Origin: Bdellovibrionales bacterium
GTDB taxonomy: Bacteria; Bdellovibrionota; Bdellovibrionia; Bdellovibrionales; DASUEL01
Direction of reading: 5' to 3'
DNA length: 64,000 nt
Assembly: GCA_050250255.1 (NCBI GenBank)
Contig: JBFWOZ010000010.1
Span: forward strand, 16,718 to 80,717
The notes beneath the pieces were generated by a model. It was not told the DNA's origin. It worked only from the letters and a program-made list of their open reading frames with translations, and made no database searches. Below are positions 49,093 to 59,135 of this stretch, in pieces; the first letter of the stretch is position 1, and the number at the start of each line of letters is the position of its first letter. The position numbers and the translations under genes were made by a program.

Positions 49093-49782
49093 ATGAGTCA
49101 ATCCAAAGAAGCCTCTCAATCTCCCGAATCGACAAATCCGGAAAAAACCAGATGGGCTCTCATTCAAGCCGCTTTACCGCTTTTTGCGCGTAAAGGTTTT
49201 GATGGAACTACCGTTCGTGATGTGGCGGATGCTGCGGGCGTTAATGTGAGTCTTGTCAGCTATCACTTTAACGGCAAAGAAGGGCTTTATCGCACGTGTA
49301 TTGAGGAGTTTGGAAAGCTTCGTCAAAACAAAACTCAAGAGATTCTTCAGCCAGCACAAACTCTAGAAGAGTTTAAATTTCGTTTTCGATTTCTTGTCGA
49401 AGACATGTTGATGTTTATGATCAGCAATCCCTATGTGTGCCAAATTGTTTTGCGAGAAGTGGACGATGGCCTTCCCATCGCAAAGGATATCTTTGAAAAA
49501 ACACTTATGCAGACTTACTTGGGTTTAGTTGAGTTTATTCAGGATGCAAAGAACAAAGGATTTACTAGAGAGTCAGTAGATCCATTGATTGTTGCGATGC
49601 TGACTCAAGCAAGCGTGTTTCACCTTATGCGCACGGATAAAGTCAGAAAAGCTTATTTCAATGACAGCATCATGGATGAGGAATTTAAGAAAAAAACAGT
49701 AGAAACATTATTAGACATGTTCTTCTTTGGTTTTCTAAATACCGTAGGAAAACCAGGAGAAGAACGCGAATCCAAGCGTTAG
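49093..49782 (+). CDS. TetR/AcrR family transcriptional regulator
   Basis: FARKGFDGTTVRDVADAAGVNVSLVSYHFNGKEGLY. Confidence 0.93.
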   Translation: MSQSKEASQSPESTNPEKTRWALIQAALPLFARKGFDGTTVRDVADAAGVNVSLVSYHFNGKEGLYRTCIEEFGKLRQNKTQEILQPAQTLEEFKFRFRFLVEDMLMFMISNPYVCQIVLREVDDGLPIAKDIFEKTLMQTYLGLVEFIQDAKNKGFTRESVDPLIVAMLTQASVFHLMRTDKVRKAYFNDSIMDEEFKKKTVETLLDMFFFGFLNTVGKPGEERESKR

Positions 49783-49791
49783 GGAGCAGCT

Positions 49792-51291
49792 ATGAAAATC
49801 TTGAGACTCGGAGGAGTCGCACTCGTATTAATGTCCGCCTTCGAATTTTTTTCGACGAAGGCATTTGCGGCAAACATGAACTTGGATCAGTACATCGAAC
49901 AAGTTCGCAATAAAAACCAAGCGTACCAAGGTGCGCAGCTTCGTTCTCAAGGAGCAAAAGAGCGCGTGGGCGAAGCCGGTCTTCTCACTTCTCCAAATCT
50001 TTTTTGGAATTCCCAGTGGGCTATGGACGAAGCGCAAAAAATGAATCCCTCTGCGCAGGGAACAAAAGGTTTTTACCAGACCCATCAGTTAGGTGTAAGC
50101 CAACAGTTTGGTTTTGGTTTAACAAGTAGGCTTTACTACAACCTCAATTACACTTCGTTAACAAACGTAAGTTCGGCGTTTGTGCCGTACCCAAGTGTGT
50201 ATGAAGGTAAACCTGTTATCGAATTGAGTATGCCTCTCTGGAGAAACTGGTTGGGGAGTGAGTTAAGAGGGAATCAAGAGGCCATCAAGGCTCAGGCCGA
50301 AGCAGCTCAATACAGCGAAAGTTTTACTTCCAAAATCGTAATTGCGGAAGCGGAAGGGGCGTACTGGAGACTAGCTCTCGCACGACAAAATAAAAAACTT
50401 CAGACAGAGAGCTTGGAGCGCTCCCAAAAACTCCGCGACTGGTCTGCCCGCCGTGCTCGTGAGGGCTTGGGAGATCGCTCGGATCAACTTCAAGCAGAGG
50501 GAGCTTGGAAGCTTCGTTCATTGGAAACTCAGTCTGCGATCGATGAAGAGCGCCAGGCAGCGCTGATGTTTAACTCGGTTCGTGGAATTAATTCCGACAA
50601 AGTCAGTGAAGAACTTGAAGGATTACCGGATTCAAAAAATTATAAATTTGTTCTTCCTCAGCGCGGGCAACTTCGTGATGATGTGAAGGCGGCGCAAGCT
50701 TCGGCCCAAGCGAGTGCTGCCGTCGCAGAAGCAGGTGTTGAGAAAAATAAACCAAATTTAGAAGTTTACACAAGCCTTGCTTACAACGGTCGCGATGTCC
50801 AGTATCCAGATGCCATAAAAAATTCCACGAAGAGCGACTATCCGACGACCGCGATAGGTGTACGTTTTATGATGCCTCTCGATCTTGGTACCCTGAGCGA
50901 TAACCGTGACGGTTACCGAAAAGAAGCCGCTGGAAGTGAGCTTCGTTATCAGCGCAGACTTTTTGAACAAGAAAGAGATTGGAACGATCTCGAACAAAAA
51001 TTTAAAGAAGCGACGGAGCGTTTGAAGCTTGCGGAATCTTTTGAAGAAATTCAGAGAGAAAAATCTCAGTATGAACGCGCAAAACATAATCGAGGCCGCA
51101 CGACGACCTACATGGTTTTACAGTTTGAACAAGATTATGCTTTGGCGCAGTCGACACGTCTTCGTATTCAAGCAGAAATTATGAATTTAATTGCACAAAT
51201 GAAAACATACTCGAATGTCAGTTCTGATTTTCAGTCTACAGTCGTGCCTCTCAAACATGAAGAGTTGCAAGCACGCGGAGGTACATTATGA
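49792..51291 (+). CDS. TolC family outer-membrane efflux protein
   Basis: Signal peptide, MPLWRN, helical OEP repeats, RGRTTTY; in operon with RND. Confidence 0.82.
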   Translation: MKILRLGGVALVLMSAFEFFSTKAFAANMNLDQYIEQVRNKNQAYQGAQLRSQGAKERVGEAGLLTSPNLFWNSQWAMDEAQKMNPSAQGTKGFYQTHQLGVSQQFGFGLTSRLYYNLNYTSLTNVSSAFVPYPSVYEGKPVIELSMPLWRNWLGSELRGNQEAIKAQAEAAQYSESFTSKIVIAEAEGAYWRLALARQNKKLQTESLERSQKLRDWSARRAREGLGDRSDQLQAEGAWKLRSLETQSAIDEERQAALMFNSVRGINSDKVSEELEGLPDSKNYKFVLPQRGQLRDDVKAAQASAQASAAVAEAGVEKNKPNLEVYTSLAYNGRDVQYPDAIKNSTKSDYPTTAIGVRFMMPLDLGTLSDNRDGYRKEAAGSELRYQRRLFEQERDWNDLEQKFKEATERLKLAESFEEIQREKSQYERAKHNRGRTTTYMVLQFEQDYALAQSTRLRIQAEIMNLIAQMKTYSNVSSDFQSTVVPLKHEELQARGGTL

Positions 51292-54200
51292 ATTTAGCTC
51301 AGCTATCCATTAAAAGGCCGGCTTTCATCACTTGTATCGTGATTATGATGCTCGCTCTCGGCGTGCTTTCGCTTAATAAATTGGGCGTAGATTTATTTCC
51401 GGATGTAACTTTTCCGATCGTAACCGTGACGACGGTTTACCCGGGTGCGGGTCCGCAAGAGATGGAAACCCAAGTCTCTAAAGTGATTGAAGATGAGCTC
51501 AGTAGTATCGCAGGAGTTAAAAGTGTCAGCTCTATCAATAAAGAAGGCGTCAGTGCGGTCATTACCGAATTTGCCTTAGAGACAGACGTGAAGTTCGCTG
51601 AGCAACAAGTAAAAGATCGGGTCGCTGCCGTAAAGCGTAAGCTTCCAGAAGATGTCGATGATCCAGTGATCCGACGTATTGATCCGGGCGATCAGCCCAT
51701 CATGATTATTTCTCTGACTTCAGATTTGCCGGCAGCACAGCTCTATGATTTGGCGAACGAAACAATTCGTCCTCAGTTGGAACAAGTAAAGTCCGTAGGG
51801 CTTGTTGAGGTATTGGGTGGTCGCGAAAGAGAAATTCGTATTGAACTTGATCGCAACAAATTAAAAAGCCACGAAGTTTCAGCATCTCAAGTGGCCGCCC
51901 GATTAGGAGCTACGGGACAAAACATTCCCGCAGGAAAAATCAGTAACAACAAAAGTGAAACGGTATACCGAACATTAGGTGAATTCCGAAATATCAATGA
52001 TATTCGAAATACAATCGTAAATTTTATCGGTAACGATGTTCCTGTTAAAATCGAAGATTTAGGAAAAGTTATTGATTCTCTTCAAGATGAAAAGTCTAAA
52101 ACTTTTGTTAACGGACAACAGGCCCTATTTATTATGGTCTTTCGCCAGTCGGGTGCAAATACCATTGCGGTGACAGATGCAGTCCGGACGAAGATTGCGA
52201 CACTTAATGAAACTTATAGCAAAGGCGAAACGAAGGCAGAGCTCACGGTGCTTCGTGATCTTTCCAAATTTATTCGCGCGAACGTGCAAGATGTGAAGGA
52301 GTCGATCTTCTTTGGGATTGTCCTTACAATTATTGTGGTGTTCTTTTTCCTTGGAAATGGACGCTCCACTCTTATTACGGGTGCGGCTTTACCTAACTCC
52401 TTGCTTGGTGCTTTCATTCTTATGGCCTTTGCCGGATTCACGATTAACGTGATGACTCTCCTGGCTTTGAGTTTGGCCGTAGGTCTTTTAGTGGATGATG
52501 CCATCGTGGTGCGGGAAAATATTTTTCGACATCAAGAGATGGGGAAGTCTCCTAGCCTCGCGGCACTGATTGGAACCAGAGAGGTAACACTTGCGGTTGT
52601 CGCAACCACTTTAACGGTGTTAGCGGTGTTCGGACCGATCGGCTTCTTAAGTGGGGTGGTGGGACAATTTTTTAAACAATTTGGTCTCACGATTTGTTTC
52701 GCGATGCTCATTAGTCTTTTTGATGCCCTTACGATTGCGCCTATGCTGTCGGCTTATTTCCCTGCGAAGGTAAAGAGTCATGGTGGGTCTGGAAAGAAGA
52801 CGGGTTTTTTCCATAAAATGACAGCTCCGGTGCGAGCTTTCGACCGTTTTCAAAATTGGCTTGAAGAAAAATATGAAAAGGTTTTGCGATTCAGCATTAG
52901 AAGACCATTTATTACTTTGGCGTCGGCTCTAGGAATTTTCATTTTGAGTCTTGTGGCTGCGAAATATGTTCCTAAAACTTTTTTACCCGCTCAGGACATG
53001 GGCGAGTTCTCGGTGGGTCTTGATATGCCTCCCGGCACAAGCTTAGAGGCCATGACAGTCATGGCGAAGCAAGTGGATGAAAAAATTCGTTCGAATAAAG
53101 AGGTTAAAATCTCCACCGCAATTGTTGGAAACCGTGACGGTGAAGCGAACGTGACCGAATTTTTCGTCGAGCTTGTGCCTCGTGGAGAGCGTGCAATGAA
53201 TACGACGGTCTTTAAAGAGGTGATGCGCACTCAGCTGAAGGAATTCGCAATTGCAAATCCTAAAGTGAAAGATATCGACATGGTGAGCGGGGGAATGAGA
53301 CCGTTCAACGTCAGCATTCAAGGAAATGATTTGGAAGAAGTAAGGGTGGCTGCGCAGGCCGCTTTTGAAAAGCTTCGAGTTCATCCAGGTTTAAAGGACG
53401 TGGAAATCAGCGATAAACCAGGGAAGCCTGAGTTTCAGGTTGCCTTAGATCCTGTAAAAGCGGACCGCTTCGGAATTTCCACAAGTTCCGTAGGTCGCGA
53501 ACTTCGTGCTCAAGTGGAGGGTGTGGTACCAGCTCTTTATCGCGAAAATGCAAAAGATTACGACATTCGTATTCGTATGATCGACGATCAAAGAAACCTC
53601 GAAAGAGATTTCGCGCAGATTTACGTGCCTAATATCAATGGCTCGCTTGTTCGTCTTTCAAGTATCGCACACCCAGTGAAAACGACCGGACCGGCAAATA
53701 TTTCCCGTCGCGATCGAGGTCGTTACATTAATATCGGGGCGGACGTAGCTCCTGACGGTCCTGGTTTGGGTGCCGTGATGACCGACATTCAAACGATGTT
53801 TGAAAAAGACATCAAACTTCCTCCCGGAGTGTCTTACCGCTTTGTGGGGCAAGCAGAAAACTTTGCCGAACTTGTGACCAGCATGGTTGTCGCTATGGGA
53901 TTAGGAATTCTTTTTATCTATCTTGTGCTTGCAAGCCTTTACGAATCGTTTGTTACTCCTCTGACCATTATGTTGGTTTTACCTCTTGCAGCCTGTGGAG
54001 CTTTCTACGGACTTTTTATCACCGGAAAATCTTTGGATATGTTTTCCATGATTGGTTGTGTGATGTTACTGGGTATTGCGACGAAGAACTCAATTCTTCT
54101 TGTCGACAAAGCAAAGCAACTCACGGATCAAGGGAAGGATCGTACGATGGCGATGATCCTTGCCGGCAGAAATCGTCTACGCCCAATTTTGATGACTTCA

Positions 54201-54494
54201 TTTGCATTGATCGCAGGTATGTTGCCGGTAGCTATCGGTTTAAACGAAGCCTCAAGACAACGAACAAGTATGGGTGTCGCGGTGATTGGCGGTTTGATTA
54301 CTTCGACAATCTTAACGTTGGTTGTGGTCCCCGCAGCATACTCATTTATCGATCGTTTTCGTGAATGGAGCTTAAGACGTGCACGTCGCTTAGCTGGTCT
54401 CGCAGAAGTGGATAATGAAGACATCGATGCGTTAGAAGCGTCTCTCGAGAAGAGCCCCGTTTACTCCGGTAATGGTCATCAGCCTTCTGTATAA
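51288..54494 (+). CDS. RND efflux transporter permease (AcrB/D/F family)
   Basis: FPDVTFP, GLLVDDAIVVRENI, GIATKNSILLV, RLRPILMTS. Confidence 0.95.
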   Translation: MNLAQLSIKRPAFITCIVIMMLALGVLSLNKLGVDLFPDVTFPIVTVTTVYPGAGPQEMETQVSKVIEDELSSIAGVKSVSSINKEGVSAVITEFALETDVKFAEQQVKDRVAAVKRKLPEDVDDPVIRRIDPGDQPIMIISLTSDLPAAQLYDLANETIRPQLEQVKSVGLVEVLGGREREIRIELDRNKLKSHEVSASQVAARLGATGQNIPAGKISNNKSETVYRTLGEFRNINDIRNTIVNFIGNDVPVKIEDLGKVIDSLQDEKSKTFVNGQQALFIMVFRQSGANTIAVTDAVRTKIATLNETYSKGETKAELTVLRDLSKFIRANVQDVKESIFFGIVLTIIVVFFFLGNGRSTLITGAALPNSLLGAFILMAFAGFTINVMTLLALSLAVGLLVDDAIVVRENIFRHQEMGKSPSLAALIGTREVTLAVVATTLTVLAVFGPIGFLSGVVGQFFKQFGLTICFAMLISLFDALTIAPMLSAYFPAKVKSHGGSGKKTGFFHKMTAPVRAFDRFQNWLEEKYEKVLRFSIRRPFITLASALGIFILSLVAAKYVPKTFLPAQDMGEFSVGLDMPPGTSLEAMTVMAKQVDEKIRSNKEVKISTAIVGNRDGEANVTEFFVELVPRGERAMNTTVFKEVMRTQLKEFAIANPKVKDIDMVSGGMRPFNVSIQGNDLEEVRVAAQAAFEKLRVHPGLKDVEISDKPGKPEFQVALDPVKADRFGISTSSVGRELRAQVEGVVPALYRENAKDYDIRIRMIDDQRNLERDFAQIYVPNINGSLVRLSSIAHPVKTTGPANISRRDRGRYINIGADVAPDGPGLGAVMTDIQTMFEKDIKLPPGVSYRFVGQAENFAELVTSMVVAMGLGILFIYLVLASLYESFVTPLTIMLVLPLAACGAFYGLFITGKSLDMFSMIGCVMLLGIATKNSILLVDKAKQLTDQGKDRTMAMILAGRNRLRPILMTSFALIAGMLPVAIGLNEASRQRTSMGVAVIGGLITSTILTLVVVPAAYSFIDRFREWSLRRARRLAGLAEVDNEDIDALEASLEKSPVYSGNGHQPSV

Positions 54495-54500
54495 GTTGGG

Positions 54501-54585
54501 TAAAGGTGCCAGTGTCTTTTTTCTGGCTACAGCGCTTCACCAAAGTGGACGCTCTGTAGCCAGAAAAAAGACACTGGCACCTTTA
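54501..54585. repeat. 85-bp element with perfect 32-bp inverted repeats (REP/MITE-like)
   Basis: TAAAGGTGCCAGTGTCTTTTTTCTGGCTACAG (54501-54532) is the exact reverse complement of 54554-54585. Confidence 0.85.
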
Positions 54586-55671
54586 TTTTTTTTGGGCGAG
54601 ACAGAAAGTGTTTCGCCCAATTCCATAGTCCGCATTAAGACGTGTCGGCGGGATTTCTTTGAATAAACTTAAAACATAAAATAATGGTCGCAGGAATTTA
54701 TGATTCCACCATCCATTTAGGACTTCGGCTGGTTGGATCTGTAATAAATGATCCAGTTGCTTTTCTTGCTCAATCATTTGGTGCACTGATTTCTGAGTGG
54801 AGACGGGGCAGGCAACCTCTTGAGAGATCTTTCGACCAACTCCTCGTTTCATCACCCCTTTGAAGTCGACATTAAACCAATCCAGAACTTGAAAGTGTTT
54901 TTCTAAAATCACCTCTCGTAATTTTTTAGGTGAGAAGTAATTGACGTGATTGATGAGAAGTTCTGTGGGTTGTTGGCTGAGAATGTACTGGCTATAAAAA
55001 CCCCACATGTCTTCGTGTCCGTTGGGCGAGAGGTAATGTAAATATCCTTGAGGTTTTAAAATACGAGCGATGTTTTCAAAGACAAGTTTAGGTTGGGCAC
55101 AATGTTCGAGAACATCTCGGGCCATCACGAGATCATAAGTGCCGTGTTCTGCAGGATTTAAATTTTCTGGTCGCGCATGAATAGGGGTAAATCCGTGAGT
55201 TTTTTCTAAATAGTGGAGAACATCATCCACAATGTCTAAAACGGAGACTTGCACATGAGGAAATACAAATTGGAGTCCTCGACTGAAATAGCCATCACCA
55301 GCACCAATTTCGAGAGCTTTGTTCGGAGTGATTCCGCGCCTTTTTAGAAATACACCAAAGGCAACACCTCGTCGAAAAGCTTTGTAGAGCCCTTTCTTTT
55401 GGCTCTCTGTGGTTTCGCCAAGTTGTTGACTGATGTACCAAGCCTTACAACCAAGGCTCATATCTTCATCGGTCAGCATGGGATCCACCTGCATCTGCAG
55501 GCAGTTTTCGCAGCGAACAAGATCATTTTTTGAAAGATTCCAATACTCAACAAGAGCTAAACGAGAGCCCCTAGTATGACCGCAAAATCCGCAAGGATCA
55601 CGGCGTTGAATCATATCTCCCTTGGGAGTACGAGGGAGATCCAAAAAAGTGTTCATGAGTGACATGGACAT
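54583..55671 (-). CDS. Class I SAM-dependent methyltransferase with N-terminal CxxC...CxxC zinc-ribbon
   Basis: CGFC...CENC, LEIGAGDG, DVLEH, LKPQG, HVNYFS. Confidence 0.85.
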   Translation of the reverse strand: MSMSLMNTFLDLPRTPKGDMIQRRDPCGFCGHTRGSRLALVEYWNLSKNDLVRCENCLQMQVDPMLTDEDMSLGCKAWYISQQLGETTESQKKGLYKAFRRGVAFGVFLKRRGITPNKALEIGAGDGYFSRGLQFVFPHVQVSVLDIVDDVLHYLEKTHGFTPIHARPENLNPAEHGTYDLVMARDVLEHCAQPKLVFENIARILKPQGYLHYLSPNGHEDMWGFYSQYILSQQPTELLINHVNYFSPKKLREVILEKHFQVLDWFNVDFKGVMKRGVGRKISQEVACPVSTQKSVHQMIEQEKQLDHLLQIQPAEVLNGWWNHKFLRPLFYVLSLFKEIPPTRLNADYGIGRNTFCLAQKK

Positions 55672-55698
55672 AAGCTAGCAGAAGTGTAAACTTGAGTC

Positions 55699-56066
55699 AT
55701 GAACCTTCTGTTTCGTTTTATAGGACTTCTTCTTTTTTCTAAAGCCCGAGGGCCCTTGAAAGGGCTTGATGAGTGTGTCACACCTTTTCTGGTTATGCCG
55801 ATGGATTTAGATGTTCTTATGCATATGAATAATGGGAAGTATTTTTCCCTCATGGACTTGGGACGTGTGGATTTAATGATTCGTACGCGGCTATGGGCAG
55901 GATCGCCCTTGTGAAAGGCCGTTTTCTCAAAAAGAAGGGTGGGAGTGTGACACCCCTAGAAGTGATCAATCTATTGGAAGAAAAATATGAGCCACCGCCT
56001 TTCCCTGAATATGTGTCTCTTTGGCAAACCTCGGAGAAAATTTTGAAAGAAAAAGTGGGGAGCTAA
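55699..56066 (+). pseudogene. Thioesterase-like (hot-dog fold) gene with internal deletion and frameshift
   Basis: N-part DLDVLMHMNNGKYFSLMDLGRVDL ends at TGA 55914; another frame from about 55901 reads IALVKGRFLKKKGGSVTPLEV...PEYVSLWQTSE to TAA 56066. Confidence 0.75.
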
Positions 56067-57004
56067 TGAACTCGAATCTTGTTCTTATTTTTTCGGCACT
56101 CCTTTCGGGGATGGCATTAAGGCGAGTTCCGCAGTTCCCCGGAAATGCTCATCAAGCTCTCAATGCCTACGTGATTTGGATTTCGCTTCCCGCCCTCGTA
56201 CTCACGCAGATTCCTCAGCTCTTAAGCACAACCCCTTTGAGTCACGAATATTTTGTACCGGTGTCTATGGCGTGGATTTTATTTTTACTGTCGTGCACAT
56301 TTTTTTATTTTCTGGGCCATCGACTTCGATGGAATAAAGCACAAACCGGCGCGCTCATGTTGACGGCTGGCTTGGGTAACACGTCTTTCGTGGGCCTTCC
56401 CATTTTAGAATCTCTATTAGGTAAAGAGGCTTTACCCATCGGGATTTTGGTCGATCAACCCGGTACTTTCTTAGTGCTTTCCACTCTTGGAATTCTTGTT
56501 GCCAGCGCACTGAGTCCCTTGAGTAAAGGCCCCGTCACGGCAAAGTCTATTGCTAAAAAAGTACTGACCTTTCCTCCATTTATTTCTCTCGCACTCGCAT
56601 TTGTACTTTATTATTTGGAGGTGCCTTACTCTGACTCTGTACAGTACGTGCTGGAAAGGCTTGCAAGCACACTTGTGCCTCTGGCTTTAGTGGCAGTGGG
56701 TTTCCAACTACGATTCTCACGACAGGTTTTTGGTGCGAAGTGGAGACCACTTGCATTGGGCTTAGGATTTAAGCTCGTTTTAGCGCCACTTTTTTTTGTG
56801 GCGCTTTACATTTGGCTTTTAGCTTCTACGGGATTCATTACTCGGGTGACCATCCTAGAATCAGCGATGGCACCCATGATTACGGCTTCGGTCGTGGCAG
56901 AAGAGTTTGGTTTTGATTCTGAGCTTACAAGTTTGATGTTGGGCTTAGGAATACCGCTCTCCATCTTCACCGTCAGTCTTTGGAACCAACTCCTCGTATT
57001 CTAA
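56066..57004 (+). CDS. AEC (auxin efflux carrier) family transporter
   Basis: ISLPALVL, GNTSFVGLP, FPPF, PLALVAVG, ESAMAP; TAATG coupling. Confidence 0.88.
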   Translation: MNSNLVLIFSALLSGMALRRVPQFPGNAHQALNAYVIWISLPALVLTQIPQLLSTTPLSHEYFVPVSMAWILFLLSCTFFYFLGHRLRWNKAQTGALMLTAGLGNTSFVGLPILESLLGKEALPIGILVDQPGTFLVLSTLGILVASALSPLSKGPVTAKSIAKKVLTFPPFISLALAFVLYYLEVPYSDSVQYVLERLASTLVPLALVAVGFQLRFSRQVFGAKWRPLALGLGFKLVLAPLFFVALYIWLLASTGFITRVTILESAMAPMITASVVAEEFGFDSELTSLMLGLGIPLSIFTVSLWNQLLVF

Positions 57005-57567
57005 TCAGCAGGAGGTGCTTCCGCAGGTGTCTCAGCAGCGGGCTGTTCAACAAGTACCTTTAAGTTATTAAGCCCTTCATCGAAGTGTACACCCATCATT
57101 TTATCCATGCTCATAAACACAAGCATGAGTTTAGAAACGAAATTATTTACTCCACTCATGGCCCAAGTGACTTTTGTTTGTGGCCCTTCAGGAGTAAGAG
57201 TAAAAATAGCTTCGTGGGTGGAAGCAAAAGGCTTTAGGAAATCCAATTTCATTTTTACGAGTGAATGAGGAGTGCTCTCCACAATCTCCATACGACCTGT
57301 GCCCACGTCTTTATTTCCATCCCATTCGTAAATCGCTCCAAGGCCATTTGGTGATCCACCGATGGTCCTTTTCATGTTGGGATCGAATTTTTCAAAGGGA
57401 GACCACTTAGCCCAATTTTGAAAATCATTAAAGTAAGGAAATATTCTCTCTGCAGGAGCATTCATCAATGCAGAACGCTCATAATGAAAAGTATTAGGTT
57501 TTGTTAAAGCAAAAATCACAATGGCGCCAACAACGATGACAAGAGCAAGTAGTATTTTTTTGAACAT
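57001..57567 (-). CDS. SRPBCC (polyketide cyclase/START-like) family protein
   Basis: WSPFEKFDP, YEWDGNKDVGTGRM, TKVTWAM, FDEGLNNLK. Confidence 0.88.
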   Translation of the reverse strand: MFKKILLALVIVVGAIVIFALTKPNTFHYERSALMNAPAERIFPYFNDFQNWAKWSPFEKFDPNMKRTIGGSPNGLGAIYEWDGNKDVGTGRMEIVESTPHSLVKMKLDFLKPFASTHEAIFTLTPEGPQTKVTWAMSGVNNFVSKLMLVFMSMDKMMGVHFDEGLNNLKVLVEQPAAETPAEAPPAD

Positions 57568-57655
57568 AGGTTCTCCTTTTATTGATTAACGTACATAGTG
57601 TAAGGAGGGTTTAAGTTTTTGACAAGAAACCAATGCTATGCCACCGTGACAATCC

Positions 57656-59026
57656 ATGAAAAAAATCATCGACATCATTCGTCTCTCTCTCAAGGGCGAA
57701 AATCAAGACTACACCACGGGAAGTATTCCAATGGCGGTGGTTTTACTCGCAATCCCGATGATATTAGAACTGAGTCTTGAGAGTGTATTTGCTGTAGTGG
57801 ACATGTTTTTTGTGAGTAAGCTCGGTCCCAATGCAATTGCTACGGTAGGATTAACGGAGTCCGTAATCACGATTGTGTATTCATTGGGTATTGGCTTAAG
57901 CACTGCCGCAACGGCCATCGTGGCGCGTAGAGTGGGTGAAAAAAACCCTCAGGCGGCCGCCCATGCAGGGGCTCAGGCGATTATGCTTTCTTTAGTGGCT
58001 TCAGTGATTTTAGGCGTTCTTGGTTTTACTTATGCAGGTGAAGTGCTGACATTTATGGGAGCCAGTGAAGCCGTTGTCGCAGAAGGCACACCTTTCGCGC
58101 GTATTATGCTTGGCGGGAATGCCTCTATTATTCTTTTATTTTTAATTAACGGGATTTTTCGTGGAGCGGGTGACGCTGCAATGGCAATGCGGAGTCTTTG
58201 GATTGCCAGTATCATCAACATTATTCTGTGCCCGATCTTTATTCACTTCTTTGGACTCACGGGTGCGGCTCTTGCAACTTTGGTAGGTCGTAGCACGGGT
58301 GTGCTCTACCAAAGTTTGCAACTTTTTAAGAGCGGTCATGTGCTCAAATTTCAAAAAAGTGATTTTGGTTTTGATTTCTCTGTGATGAAAACGCTTGTTT
58401 CAATTGCCTGGCCGGCCACTTTCCAATTTGTGATTGCGAGCGGGAGCTGGATTCTCCTCACTCGTCTTGTGGCAGAGACCGGTGGCACCGAGGCCTCTGC
58501 GGGATACCAAATTGCTTTTAGAAATTTCGTGTTTTTTATTCTTCCGGCTTGGGGTTTAAGCAATGCAGCCGCAACTCTGGTCGGCCAAAACTTAGGAGCT
58601 AAAAAGGTAGATCGTGCTGAGCAAAGTGTACTCATTACCGCAAAGTACAACGCGATCTTTATGGCTTGTGTGACTCTATTGTTCTTACTTTTTGCAGAGC
58701 CCATCATTCGCGTATTCTCAACGGATGAGGCTGTGGTTCACCACGGAGTTCAGGCTTTAAGGATTATTGGTTCGGGATACATTTTTTATGGAGTCGCGAT
58801 GGTGATCATTCAAGCTTTAAATGGCGCCGGTGATACACGCACCCCAACCATTATTCACTTAGTAGGTTTTTGGCTTTTCCAAATCCCATTAGCTTATGTC
58901 TTAGCCATCTTTTTCGATTTAAAGTCGGCAGGAGCCGTCGCGGCCGTGCCAATTGCCGAGACGTTCATTTGCCTTATTGCCTGGTATTACTTCAAAAAAG
59001 GCAAGTGGAAAGAAGTAAAAATCTAA
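57656..59026 (+). CDS. MATE family efflux transporter
   Basis: LAIPMILE, FRGAGDA, GQNLGA, NGAGDTRTP. Confidence 0.92.
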   Translation: MKKIIDIIRLSLKGENQDYTTGSIPMAVVLLAIPMILELSLESVFAVVDMFFVSKLGPNAIATVGLTESVITIVYSLGIGLSTAATAIVARRVGEKNPQAAAHAGAQAIMLSLVASVILGVLGFTYAGEVLTFMGASEAVVAEGTPFARIMLGGNASIILLFLINGIFRGAGDAAMAMRSLWIASIINIILCPIFIHFFGLTGAALATLVGRSTGVLYQSLQLFKSGHVLKFQKSDFGFDFSVMKTLVSIAWPATFQFVIASGSWILLTRLVAETGGTEASAGYQIAFRNFVFFILPAWGLSNAAATLVGQNLGAKKVDRAEQSVLITAKYNAIFMACVTLLFLLFAEPIIRVFSTDEAVVHHGVQALRIIGSGYIFYGVAMVIIQALNGAGDTRTPTIIHLVGFWLFQIPLAYVLAIFFDLKSAGAVAAVPIAETFICLIAWYYFKKGKWKEVKI

Positions 59027-59135
59027 TCATTTCTTTTTTGATGTTTTGTCTTGAGCCACATCTCTTTTAGATTGAAAAAATTTGTTTGCCTCTTCTTGGG
59101 TAGCAAAACTTTTCCCTTCGTAGGCTCCTCGATGG

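Noticed and set aside
54472..54666. 64-aa ORF across the inverted repeat
   Set aside because: It arises from the palindrome and overlaps two real genes.
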